A stretch of DNA of 64,000 nucleotides from Mayamaea pseudoterrestris (Eukaryota): contig BROI01000007.1 of NCBI GenBank assembly GCA_027923505.1, positions 248,001 to 312,000 of the forward strand, read 5' to 3'. A program made the translations under genes and the position numbers. Positions 26,303-39,481 of the stretch are shown here, piece after piece (within the stretch, counting starts at the first letter, position 1; each line of letters opens with the position of its first letter). The notes beneath the pieces were generated by a model. That model worked only from the letters and a program-made list of their open reading frames with translations. It was not told the DNA's origin and did not search any database.

Positions 26303-29300
26303 GATAGTGAATATCATAAAGGTAGCTGGATCTGATTAGAAAGCCATCAGTAATGGCGCAATATACCTCGGCGGCCTATGCCGCCATGGCCGAAGGCCGA
26401 ACGGAACGAACGAACGGGCGCTGCGGTCATCGTGGTTACGCGCGAGGGTCATTTCCAGTCATGCTGGAAAAACCGCTACGACATACTGTATTCACGAATC
26501 AAAAATGTTGCGTTCCGTGATGCCATTCCTTGCAGCAATCGTTTCATGCCAACTTATCGACCTTTCCATGACCAAAACGCCATAATGGCAACTTCGGAGA
26601 GCTAATGAATCAGTGGCTAAAGTTGACATTCGACGAGAGGTTCATCGACTGAGTCATTAGTCATCCATCACCAATTATGCCTTTCATCAATCATGCATTT
26701 CACCTTTTTGTCGGCATCAGCCAAGCAGTTCGAGCCGACGATGCAGAAAACAATCCGCACGGCAATCACAATGACGACGCGATGACAAGGCCGCAGGACC
26801 AAGCTTTGCAAAAGGATCAATATAGAGATTAGAATGCCAGTCGCATGGAATCACATGGAGCAAGCTTCGCCCGGTCATGAGTCACACAAGCCGCTGCTGC
26901 TGCTTTGTTGCTACTTAATTAGCTGCGTCTCGTACTGCTTGGCACTGTTGGACGGAATGTATTATTGTGTCATGCCAAGACATGATGGAAGCTCGGCCTC
27001 TCGGGCCGTGTACTCATTGCATGTCAACCAAATCTTCGCTTGCGATTCCTTGACGACTATCTGAACGGCTGCTTCTGCATTAGTGATCCACGTGCGCATC
27101 ATTCCTACAATGCCTTTGAGGCGGCTGAATTAAATTGCGCAGATGGCTAGCATACAATGATCGCAACGGAGCCATAAAATCTTGGTCGCTGCAGCAGCCT
27201 GCGCACATCGCTCTATTTCAATTTGGGAAGACGGTAAAGATACTTCTCGTCGGTCACTGATTTGTCGTCATGAAGCAATTGTCTACAAAGTGTCTTGACT
27301 CGACACTGCTGAGCGGCGAGAACCAGCAGACATCGCGACCCTGCGTGTATTAACAAACGCGATGATAGCGGAGTCACCTTTTCCGATGCGAGGGTATTTG
27401 TAGGGTCGGCGCAAGATTGGATTGCTTCATTTACGTACCTTGTCACGTCTTGAGGCGGCAGCGCATTTGTACAGTCCATCACAATCATCGCTATAGGTGG
27501 AAAGCAAGTGCACGGGAATTCTATGCATACATCATAGGTGCTAGGCCAGCCAATGTCCCCAGTCTTGGCGAACTAATGCAACACGAGAAGGGCATTGTGA
27601 GACGTCAAGGCTAACCACTGTAAAACCCATCCCTTTGAGCGTAATAGATCAGTACGATTTTGACCGTGCGAGAACGTTTGAAATGACGCATACCATTAAG
27701 TCAATAAATAGGCCCATGGCTGCAACGTGTGCTGGGTTTGTGCGGATGCGGAGCTCGCTTCATATTGGATGAGGGCCACCGAACGACTTATGTGCGTAAC
27801 GGAAATGACGAAACAGTAGACGAGCTTGGTAACACAAGGGCAAAGGAAACCGTTTTTGTGAACATCTGCGCCAAAGACGGCATGCTTGGCTTTGCGTTGT
27901 CTGCTCGACACCACTTTAAGGAAGGTTGACAGGTCAAATGAACTGTGAATGATTGGAAGTGCGAGCGGGCAGCAAATTGACGAGTTAAAGGGTTAGTGGA
28001 TCGACGTGAACGAGTCGCGTCGAGAATTGTTGTGAATACTGCGACGCGGTGGTGTCGCAAATAAAGGTAGTGCGTCCAGCATTCGCTTTATAATGTCTAT
28101 TTCTGTTTAATTATGATTCATGGCATGCGAATAATTCCTCGTGTAGTTCAGACTCTCATTGCCACGGAGCAGATTTCATTGCCACAGAACAAAATAAATG
28201 ACGTTCATTTCCACGAATGCATGCCCGCTGCCATGGCTACAGTATAAGACTGCACTTGCAGTTGCCTCGCCGTAATGTCATTTCAAAGCCACTAGTCTTC
28301 TTGGACGCTACGTCGTCATCGTCGTAGCGGCGAGCTGAATCTTAGTTGATGGATCCCTCCCCGTCATTTTCGATATCTTGATGTACCGCGCGACTCTTGT
28401 CAATCCGAGAAATTGACAGCAGCTTCCAAGTAGTTTGGACAGATTTCAGCGGCATCATGGAGTCGTATTATTTTTAAAGTGCGGTTGCTCGTAATGGACC
28501 TGCATCTTGACGTTTTGCCGACACAACTGCCCGCGTGTCATTCTTTCGAAGGCTGCCGTATTGCCCGTCTTGTTGACTGGCATATGAACCTTACTGCGAA
28601 AATAATGCTTTTGTCGCATTTTGTAAAGGTTGCAGATCGAGCAAGATTGCTCCGATCATCCGAGATCCGAGCATCGTCGCCTTCATTCTTCATTTGGTCT
28701 ACCGAAAGTCAAAGTCACAGAACGAACAGCGAAGCAAGTCTCAGAATGACGTTGGAGCATCATTCCACGCAATCTTTGAACCTTGCGAAAAAGTCGGATA
28801 TGGCGATGAGCGACAAAGACTCGTCATCGATGGACTCCTCGTTGTATCGTGTCAGTTGTCGTTGTCGCCTTGTCGCTGCCATCACCGTGATTCCGCTTCT
28901 TGGGTGCTTTGTGGCATCCCTTTTTTACTACCGGTAGTACGATGGCACTGTTGTCGACTTCTATAGCATACTCCATGCCGCCATGGTGCATTGACCAAGT
29001 TTGCGGTCGAACGAGCTCGCGAGCTGCATCAATTGCGGAGCAATAGCAGGCAGTACCGTACGTAAGGCAGTTTCTCGACGACCGCAAATCATAACCGCTG
29101 CGATATAAAAATAATGAAAAGTGAGTCATTGGGCGATAGTGCAAAACACGCGATATCAGGAATAGGCTATATTCTTAGTTTTGTCAAAGGAATTCTACAT
29201 TTATAGGCAATAGTAAAATCGGTTCAATCACACCTTTCATGTCTACCTGCAGGTTTGAAAAGTGCCGCTACGGTAACTCGCGTTCCATCCAGGCGAGTGG

Positions 29301-29362
29301 GCGACAACCATGCCGCACCCGTTCATTGTTTGTTATGCTTTGTCATCTCAAGCCTCTCCATC

Positions 29363-29776
29363 ATGTCATCAACATTCTCCTCGATTCTCTCAAACATTTC
29401 GGCCTCGCATAATCGTTTCAAGCATGCAGTTCATACTCAATTTCGCATTCCGATTCAAAGCAAATACGGTCGATGGGCAATGGGCTTTGTGTACATGACA
29501 ATTCCAATTGTCGGCGGCTACTACGTCATGCAATGGGCCATCGGCAAGAGCCATGAAAGCATTGGGGAGCGTGGAGAGTTACTCCCTGTTAAAACAGTGC
29601 AAGGCATTGGAAATATGCGAATCGCTAGTGATGGAAGCGTTCGCACGATTCGTACTGGAGTCCATTTGAGCGTAAGTTCAGAGGAGGAACAACGAAGGAA
29701 TCGAAAGAAATTGGAACGATTTCTGCAACACACTTTAAAGCAGCCAAACGAAACGCCGAAGGATCAGGATGCTTGA
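29363..29776 (+). CDS. Small single-pass membrane protein, function unknown
   Basis: Clean 137-codon ORF from MSSTFSS, with one hydrophobic segment (WAMGFVYMTIPIVGGYYVMQWAI) and a charged C-terminus. aataaa lies downstream at ~29899. Confidence 0.65.
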   Translation: MSSTFSSILSNISASHNRFKHAVHTQFRIPIQSKYGRWAMGFVYMTIPIVGGYYVMQWAIGKSHESIGERGELLPVKTVQGIGNMRIASDGSVRTIRTGVHLSVSSEEEQRRNRKKLERFLQHTLKQPNETPKDQDA

Positions 29777-30124
29777 GTATGGCGTCATGACGACTAACGA
29801 CTACACGATGCTGGCTGATCGTCGACTGGATGCAGTATGCAAGAGGTTCATTCCTTCGCTCTCATTATTTGGCAGCTCCGTTGACCACGATTCAATGCAA
29901 TAAATAAATCGACCCGTTTTACAATATTAGCAGCCTTTAAATTCTTTGTCACGTGAGTGCGATGATACATATTTACAATTTCAGTCGTCGCCTCATTCTG
30001 TATCCCTACCCATTATCAATGTACACAGCATGACAGTCATCAAAGAATTTAGATAGTACTAACGGTAGTAAAAAAGATTCTAACAAGATGTGATGCTCGC
30101 TTCGTTGTCTTTCTACGTTACAAT

Positions 30125-31320
30125 TTAAATTCCCTCGGGCAAAAAGTAACCTGCCTTGGCGTAATAATCGGGGCTGGTGAAGGCGGCTCCAAGCTGCTGC
30201 ACCACACTCTCGCCACTGGCATTAGCCTGGAATACAACGCCCAAGAATCCAACCATAGCAAGACGCGCATGTTTAATCTCCTGAAGCTGCTTCTCGGCAT
30301 ACTCTTCCGGGGTGTAGTTCAAGTTGAACGGATTGTATCCACCTTGTCCCCAGTTTTGCGAGGCACCGGCCACGTAGTTGGCGCCTTTCTCGCGGATGAA
30401 CTGAATGCGGCGGAACTCCATGAAGCTCATGAACAAAAAGATTTGCACAAGGGCGGCGCCTGGTCCTTGCGAGAAGGCAACAAGCGGGTCTTTGTAAGAA
30501 TAAGCCTCGATGCCAGAGATTTGTCCGAGGGTTCCAAATCCAGGAGCGATGAAACCAAGGACGGCAACCATGCAAATACGTCCGTGCATGAGTTCGGCTT
30601 CACGGTACCAGGTCAAGCCATCAGCTGGTGCTTCTCCTTGGAAAATTCCATTAAAGTAGTTGGCGAGTAGTGGTGCTTTGGTCGACAAGTAGCATGGGTC
30701 GAAACCAACATCACCGACCAAGGATCCGTCAAGTGCGGCCGGAGCAAATTCACCTGGAATAGCGGATGATGGGACCGTTCCTGTGGCTTGCTGCGCGAAA
30801 AGATTAAATGTTGAAGTAAGAACGAATGTGTACTTAAATGTAGGTTGATTGCTCATGACTCGATCATCCGTCTGGTCAGTAACTTTGCAATACTTACGCG
30901 CGAGGCAATAGGTTTGCGGACCGGGACTGGGGCAGCCTTTCGGACCGGAGCAGCAGCCTTTCGAACGGGCGCAACAACCTTCTTGGCAGCGACAGGTGCC
31001 TTGGCGACTGCCTTTTGAACAGGCTTGACGACTTTCTTTTCGACAGCCTTCTTGACTGGCGCCGCCTTGGCAATGATGTTTTTGACTGGGGCGGCCTTGA
31101 CCACTGCCTTCTTGACAGGTGCCACTGCCTTCTTTACAGGTGCGGCTGCCTTGACCACAGCCTTTTTGACTGGGGCAACTTTCTTGGCGACGGCCTTGGT
31201 GGCAGCCGGTGCCGACTTTTTGAGTGGCGCTGCCTTTTTGCCCAAGGCAAAGGTCATGGACGGAGCCGTAAAAGCCGTGGCAGAGGCAACGCAAAGAGCA
31301 AAGACTGGAGCAAACTTCAT
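30125..31320 (-). CDS. Light-harvesting complex (fucoxanthin-chlorophyll a/c binding) protein; exons 31320-30898 and 30790-30125, ~362 aa
   Basis: Signal peptide MKFAPVFALCVASATA|FTAP (ASAFAP-like). A GTAAGT...GCAG intron at 30897-30791 joins the exons in frame. LHC motifs DGSLVGDVGFDP, REAELMHGRICMVA and QEIKHARLAMVG are present. Confidence 0.95.
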
Positions 31321-31553
31321 GGTCAACAAGAGTTACAATGAAAGAAGGATGTGATGATGGTCGGCAAACCGCGATGATGGTCAAGAGGTGACGTACAAAT
31401 CCTTGCTTCCGGCGCAGCGTCAAAGATCGCGAGATACGCTCTTCAACAACCTTTAAGTAGTACAGGCGCCAGATGTAAAGGTCATGAAGTACATGAGCCA
31501 ACCCATGACAGATTTGAAATCACATGCGCCGATTGGCTTTCTCGTAATGTCAA

Positions 31554-31565
31554 AGTGACGTCACT
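31554..31565. promoter_or_regulatory. Palindromic CRE-like bZIP site upstream of the LHC gene
   Basis: agtgacgtcact is a perfect 12-bp palindrome. A second TGACGT lies at 31389-31394 and a CCAAT box (minus strand) at ~31532-31536. Confidence 0.45.
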
Positions 31566-34500
31566 CACTCGCCCGATGCATGAACCGAAAGAATGACCAT
31601 GACGATGCAAAGATCCGTGGAGTATGATGTATCATCTGTAACTGCGACAACTTGCTTCCAAACCCATCGCGTCGCTTTCCATACAGGCTCCTCTGTTGCT
31701 ACTAGTGTAATGGATCACCTTGATGTCAGAAAAATCTGCTGGAGTCGCTCGCAAGCTTCTCCGTCGATGCCTTCTCGAAGAGGCTCAAGCTCAGCAAGCT
31801 GCTGATCCTCGACCCTCGAACGACCGTTTTGCTAGCTGCAGCGGCGGCAAGCAGAGCGACAGTTCGTCCGTCATTACTCATACGAAAGCTTCAGCCGCAG
31901 CAGCAGCTTCTACTTCTGTTTCATCAACAAGTCGTTCAGTAAAAGCAACCCGACCACGGACCGCGGCCGACTGGAATCTACAATCAACTCGCCGACTGCG
32001 AATGCAACGACACATCTCCGAGTGAATCTTCAGTAGATGCGGCAGAATCTTGCATTGAGTGATAGAGCAATGGCAGCAAATCGATCTTCGACTCGCTTGC
32101 TTAATAATACTGGAGCAGCAAAAACTTCCGATGAATTTTATCAGCCGTCGCAGCAACACGCAACGTATCATCATCAGCAGCAGCGAACGACCTACCAGCT
32201 ACTCACGACTTACAACGATAGACCCGCGACAGTGCACAATGCTTTTTCCAGCTGGATGAGCACCACCGCATCATCAATTCGCGATACTATAAATGCGGCT
32301 CCAGCATACTTTACGCCGCAATTGACAGCAGCGCACACTAGCAATGCTTCAGCACCCTCTTCCTTTAATAATGATAAAGACTACCGCATTGGGCAAGCCG
32401 CTGCAGAGGATTTTGGAATCAACAAGTCGCATATTCTCTTAAAAGCCAAGGCCTCCATTCGTTCGCATTTGCTGCAAGGGGAACTGCTGTTGACGGACAA
32501 GCTGCATTCGTTGAAAAATCGACGGTTTGAGCATTTCTGATGAGGTGCACTGGCATTGGTGTTCACCGTCAATATGATGAACGGTTTCTTGGACGTGCTA
32601 TACGACAACGTCATGGTGCTGCTGCTGCAGCAACAGCAGCAGGCAACAACGCGAGCAAGCGTACACTTCCAACGAATCCACGATAAGTATCATTGGTTGC
32701 GCTCTATTACACACCGGCTATTGTACTTGCTATCGCGATGCAGCTGAATCACGTTTGCGTAATGCTACATGGACATGTCTACAAAAGTAAAGGTTGACAC
32801 AGCCCTGCTCAGGTTGTTTTGCGTCAATAACGGCGCAGCAGCAAGTTCCATGGCTAAATCGGCAGTGTTACGCGTTGGAAAATGTTGACTACTGACCTGG
32901 TTAAAGCAGCCTTGTTAATCAACGACTTAGCGCGAAATCTCGCCCATCTGCACCGGGCTGGATGCGGTGCCCCGCGATCATGATGGCAAATTAGACTAGC
33001 TGTCTCGCTGGGCGAAATGCCCCAAACTATTGGACTTGAACTTTCCAGATTTTTGTCAAAGAAGTTCCCCCAGCTGTGGTTGTCATCATCGGCAATCTCC
33101 ATGACCATTCACCCCGGTGCATAATTCGCCATGTCACATGCATGATGGGTTGTGCTCATGTCGGCCTGCGAATCAAGTACGAAATTGACTGACTGCAAAC
33201 CGTCATTGTAGGCTGCGAAGCATCACGTCTTTGCCCTATCAAGGAATAAGCAGGGCGTGATTGAATAGTCTGCGACTACGAGCGCACGCATCCGATGCGA
33301 CTTCATCAGGTCGTAGTGGCTTGCAAACCGCCAGATCAAGTCCAGAGGCTTTGGTTGCGCTCCAGAGCAACCAAGATCAAAGTAGCAGCGCTCTCTTTGG
33401 CTCATAAACCAAAGCATGATTTTAGTGTCAGGATGAGCACAGTATCACTTTTGATGACGATTTGGCGATTGGCGATGTCACGAACAAACGAGTCTAGAGC
33501 TCACAATTCACGCGTGTTTGTATGCTCAGGCGAAAGACGTGGAGTGCTTCGTTTCGGAATCGCAATACATTTACACATCCTGCTCGTAATTTGGTAATTT
33601 CATGGCCTGCTCTCGTTGGCGATTCGGCAACGTCTCGTTTCAAGAAATCTAAAACCATGTGGTGATCATTCGCACGATAGGCTCGCCATTGCGGCGATTC
33701 TTGCCAAGACGGCCAGAAAGTCGGCTCATATTGCACTGTGAATGGTTTTCGGTTGCGACGACATTCCGTGTACGTTGTTGTGAATCCCCATTCATTACAG
33801 CATGGAGGCATACAAAAGAACCAACATGCCGTTTATCGCAAGCATTGTATGACGTTTACCCTTGCGGACCTGCCGCGCTCGTTCGCGTCAGACAAGGCAA
33901 AGACCAAGAGCAATGTCAGTATAAAGCAACAATGTTTGCAAGACATTTGCAGTTTATGCTACTCCTTGTTGCTAGACAGCCCAACTTCGGAGGAACAATC
34001 AATCACCCAACCATGTCTGACAGACGTACAGTCGACGACTTCAGTAGGGTGTAATTGAATCATCGAGTGAGTGCCGCCGTCTTGCTTTCTTTCCAAAAAA
34101 ACATATCCAGTGCAGCTTCAAGTCCTGCCAGTCCGATGCGCATGGCTTCTCCCAGCGTGTTATAAATTTGTGTGAACTGATGCTCGCTCGAGTTTTGTCG
34201 AATGATTAAAGCAGGCGCGTGCGTCTCGGAGTTCAACCTCGATGGAAAGTGGCTCCTTGCTATAGTCTTGCGTGATTGCAATAACATATTGTCGCAACCG
34301 CGTCGCATGTCGACCTTTCGACCTTTGACTCCGTCATTGTTGATGCAAGTAGTTCAAGTTTCATTAATAAGGGTCACACCGTCTGAGTAAGTACTTGGTT
34401 GAGGATCCAAACCAGCGGAAGATTGGCGCGGATGACAATACATGAGCTAAACGGCAATTCAATCACAACTACCATTCCTTCCAAGGCCGAGTGACTGCGA

Positions 34501-37500
34501 TGCATTCACGTTGTCGAAGACAGCGGAGCATATGCCCCCGACTCGTTCAGTGTTGGCATTGTTCTCATGTCGCACACCCTAGCAAGATACAGGATGAATT
34601 ACGGTATAAAGCATGACAACGTAGAATTCCTCTTGTAGGTAATAAGACACCAATTACACTCGCTTAAGTACGTGTAATCTACGTGATACTCTTGAATAGA
34701 CCAGATGTTTATAGTACGTAGCGCCGCACGCATAAATCCAATGCGAACAGACTCCGCGCAACTAATGCACCGATATGTTCCGATAATTCAAATTAACAGT
34801 AAGCCGCACACGCCATCATGCGTTTGTCAGCAACATTCGAAACGCCGACATCTTAAGCAGACTAGGTCGCGCATGCAGAAAAGCCTTGTAGTCGATTTGA
34901 GTACGATACTAAGTTTGAAGACATCGCGGCCGTGAGATGTACGAGACATTTTTTACCCAAGCGTTTGGGTTTTGTCAATGAAGCAAGCACAAAGCAGCAC
35001 TCGTTGGCTAAATTTACGTGCAAGCCGTATATACAAGGCATCTTCCGTCGACTGGAAGCGAGAATGCCGTCATCCAAACTAAAGGGTGGCTCGTCCAACC
35101 GCCTCTAAGTTACGCCAACATTGTTACCAACCAAACGAGCCTTGCATCATGCAACCCCGTTGCCGATCGTCTGTAGAGACAACCGTGTTTTAGTCGATTG
35201 TTGCTGGTAACGAATCCATTCTTTTGAACCAATTGCCGCCAAGCTTCCAGTGTAGGAAGCACGCGAATACGCTGCGTCATTTTCGTTGCAGTACACTCTC
35301 CTCATCTCGGCGAGCAGTGCACTTTGAGCTTGTGTAGCCTGACTCGTCCAATAGGCACCTTAAAGATCATCCGGTGACTGGCGCTCTGTGTTCTTTTAGA
35401 TGCGTCCGCTCAGAATGCAACAAGAAATCTCTAATCATTGAGTCCGTTTAGTCGTCCATGAGCATGGTCATACCCATCCCACAAAATCAAAATCTTCTTG
35501 AGGGGTCGAACCTCCTATAATGCACAAGTCTTCGTAATGTGTGCTACCGGTATGAATCTTGCAACTCCTGTTGATCTCATAGAGAGCAGTAAATCGTCGA
35601 CGCGTAAACCTTTATGATAATCGACATGTCGTTGCAAAATATACGATTCGCTCTATACCCGTGTTGAACGTGTCATTCCGCATTCTTTTACTACTCTTGA
35701 AACAGCTTGGACCACAAAGCGGATGCGTCCAAATGCTGCTCTGCGCCATTAATACCGAAGACATTGCTCTAATGGGGCAGCACATGGCCTCGCAATACTC
35801 CTCGTAAATGACTAACGTGTTCGCGTGCATCGTCTTCTCAAATGGCGTTTTGGAGAGGCAGCATCCAAATCGACTCTGCCTGCTTCCCAATGCTTATTCA
35901 GTTGCCCTGGACTGTCCTCTCGAAAAATGTTTCCGAATTGACTCCCTCAAGTTTTCGGGAGACTAGCTCAAGTTGGCGGTCATCTGGATCGCAAGCGAGG
36001 ATCATTTGTTGTTGATCGCACTCAATGAGTAAGCAACTCGTGTCACTTCCCTTCGCCAGCTGTTGCCTTGCGCTTGTCGCGGTCAAAGACAAAACGCGGA
36101 AAGACGATCCGTTGGCACTTTCATCCCTCTGTTTAAGCGGGTTGAATAAGACGAGGCGTCCGAATCAAACAAGTGACCTGAATTTGCAAGCATCGCCTCG
36201 TCCTCAACATCATCGAGTGTCTCCCATGACTCCACTCTCCCCAGCTGAAAATGAACAGGCGGCGGATTGCTGTCACTATCGAAAGAAAAATCTATCCATA
36301 TAAGGAATCAATGCTTGTTGAGATTACAGCAAGGAAAGCGGGAAACTCGTCATCGTCATCGTCCTCTCCATGATTGGTCTCCTGTCAGTTGCAACATGCG
36401 TAAGACTCAGCTTTCGCCTTCGCCACATAAGCAGCAAAGGATTTCGGCAGTCCATCAGGGGCTGCAGGAACAACAGTGAGCATCACCGCGCTGCCTGCTC
36501 CGTTTCAACAGGTGTCTATTCGCTGGCAACTGCGAGTGGTCCACGTCAGCCTCATTCAAGTAAGCTGCGACAAAGTAAGAGCAGCGTCATCCTTTATCGC
36601 CCATCAGCTCACGCAACGTTGTTGCGAATCGTTGGAATGGATCCTATTCATTTACTTCGCATTATGCACATTGACAAGTGAAACCCAACAACCCAGCGAG
36701 CAAGATTGATTCATGTACAATCATTCGGTCGTTTCGGCTCCGCCGTGTCAAATCCTTGTTTCCTGCTGACTTTGCGAGCCTTCTACTACCTCCATTGATA
36801 CTTGCCAACTGGACCTAATCGTAACGTAACTCGCGACTAGTTTCAAGATAAAACAATAGTTGCTCCGCTGCGCAAAATGCTTTCGCTGAAACTAAAACAG
36901 CGGCAGTACAAGATGCACTGGGAACTGATTAAGTTGTGTCAACATCAAGCTCAATGAAACATCATTGCCGCCACCAATAGTTATTTTCGTTCAAGTCTCT
37001 AACTGGCTCAATTACTGCGTGCTGGGTTGCTGGAACACACGTTTCTTCACCCCAGTTCCGTCAGGTCGGAACTGTGCAAGAATGGCTGTCGCTTGCGCAT
37101 AAATTTAATGGATGATGGTCGGTAATCGAATGCAGTAAATCATTAATGTTGCTAGTAGTTTTGGCCATTATAAACGGAAAGTCGTTATAAGGTCTCCGTC
37201 AACTCGAACTCGAGCGATCCAACAGCTGCACGGGTCGCACGTCGCAGCAGGCCTAATTTTGGCACATGGTAGTCCTGGCGAGTTCAGTGTCTCATTAGCG
37301 GCAATGCGGATTATGTCAATGTTTCTTCGTATGTGTTGGCTGTGTATGGACCACGTCGTCCAGCGATTGATCACGCTTGTCCATGACTTTGTCCGTCCAA
37401 GTTTGCTTGCCGCGTGTGCCGGGTACGGTAGGACCATACACAGCTGCGAGCATCCAGCAATTATGAAATGGTAATCGTCTGGGAGCAACGAGAGGACGCT

Positions 37501-37777
37501 ACCGGTAGCAGCATGAACAAACTGCACCTCGCTGCCCATATCTTAGTTACTGTCGGCTGCGGTGTCGGAATCTCCTATTTAGATAGTGACGAGAAACCTG
37601 CTGTAGACATGACAGGCACATACCGGTAAACTGTCATGGTATAGAGTGCAAGGTGAAAATGATGGAATGCTCAACATCTTATCAGGGTATGAAATTGCAA
37701 TCGCATGGACCGATGATGTCCATCACCTCGGCGATCCAACGAAAACTGCGTGTGCGGCAATCGTACGAATGTTTACC

Positions 37778-38013
37778 AGTGAAAAATACGTCACAAAGGC
37801 AATAGTACAAAACAAAAGTCATTGAAAACATCGTCAATTGGCCATAGTACGAAACGAGTGCCAGTGATAACTACGTCATAAGGCAATATTGCAAAACAAG
37901 TGTCAGTGAAAACTGCGTCACAAGGCAATAGTCTGAAACGGATGCCAGTGAAAACTACGTCATAAAGCAATAGTATGAAACGAGTGCCCGTGAAACTGCG
38001 TCACAAGGCAATA
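37778..38013. repeat. Minisatellite, ~42 bp unit, ~5.6 copies
   Basis: Consensus cagtgaaaact(a/g)cgtca(t/c)aaggcaatagta(c/t)gaaacgagtgc. Confidence 0.9.
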
Positions 38014-38706
38014 GGAGTAGTAAGAAACCTTTTCCAAATTGTATGCTGCCCCATCATCATCAGTGAGATCGCATGATGATCCGCAGCTTGGATGTAGATC
38101 CGCAACCGGCGGCTTACATCAAAGCTATGAGCTACTCGTACTGGTACGGTTGGAAGCGCATTGTGTTCCTCTCAATGACGCTGGAAGCTTTGGATACTTT
38201 GATAACGATCGGAGCGGCATGAAGTAACCGTTTATTAAAACCAATACGCAAAATTCGAGTCGTCTGCGTCAGGCCAGTCGACAGTCGGCTGTCGACGGAC
38301 TTGCATCTTGCATGGACTGCTCAAAGTGAATACTTGAACGCAAAGATGATGTTTGGAGTATAGATGAACCATCGAGATTTGAGACTTCTTGCGCACACCA
38401 CAGAATGAAACTAGCAACTTTGACATGCAAACATGCAGACGGAGACGGTGTGGATTCGATACTCGACGCGTGGCAGTCGACAGTCGACGATTCTTCATCG
38501 AAGTAGCGTGCTCACGACCGATACAATAAAATTGTCAACATTCTTGGTCGGCAGATTTGTCGACAAGGTGCAAGATCTAGCGTACGACCATTGTCGACAC
38601 AGTAAGCAAAGCATTAATACATGACTTGCAAGTTACTAATCATTACATAGCGATCCTAATTGTTCATTTTAATGACTCACGAGCATAGTCACGTAATAAT
38701 TCTTTT

Positions 38707-39415
38707 CTATTTGTATACTCGTGGAATGCTATCCAATTCTCCTGGACTTGAGCGAACACGCAGCGGAAGATGCTCGCCCGAATCGCCCAGACGAGGCAAG
38801 TGTAAATACGCATCCACTCCATGGCCTTCAAGCGACTTCAAGTTCAACTCGCCCCCAAAATAGCGAGCGTATATGCGAGCAAGGGGCAAGCCAAATCCTC
38901 GAATATGCGCGCCGGCAACTTCCTCTGTTCCACCCGATGCCGACGAAAGTGTCACCACGACATCTTCGACTGCATCAGTCGAATGTCCAAACTTCCAAAT
39001 CTTGCCCATGAGTGCTGCGATCAATGCACGAAAGTAAGGATACGCACCGGTGAGTGAGACATGCTCTCATTGCCGTCAAATCACTCTACAACAACGACGA
39101 CACACTATTACGTACACCTCGGGACGCCTCCACCCTTGTCGCAGACCTTGATTGTAATGTCTTCCTTGCCCATAACCAGCACGACACGAATGGGAGGTAA
39201 CATGGGAGCGACTGGATCCCCTAGTCGTTCATGTCCGCCACTGCTGCTTACCCCATTGTCTGTTTGGACGAGACAATTCTGCAAGGTGCCTCGTCCATGC
39301 GTGCGAACCGTCGCCCGACAAGAATTCATGAGCAGCTCTGCCAACATGTAGTGCAAGTGATGGGGCACGTAGGTGAATCCAGTGTTGTGCGCCTTTGGTT
39401 TTGTACCATGGCGTG

Positions 39416-39481
<66 letters not shown>

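Noticed and set aside
26800..29150. Possible minus-strand genes at ~27200-28060 and ~28300-29000
   Set aside because: Fragmented by stops, with no recognisable domain. They may be relics but cannot be supported.
30125..31501. Single 458-aa ORF as the LHC gene
   Set aside because: Its N-terminal part is an off-frame read through exon 1 and the intron. The spliced model gives a proper signal peptide.
31700..32750. Possible plus-strand gene (ORFs 31720-32025 and 32037-32540)
   Set aside because: Low-complexity Ser/Ala/Gln sequence with no motif and no convincing splice model.
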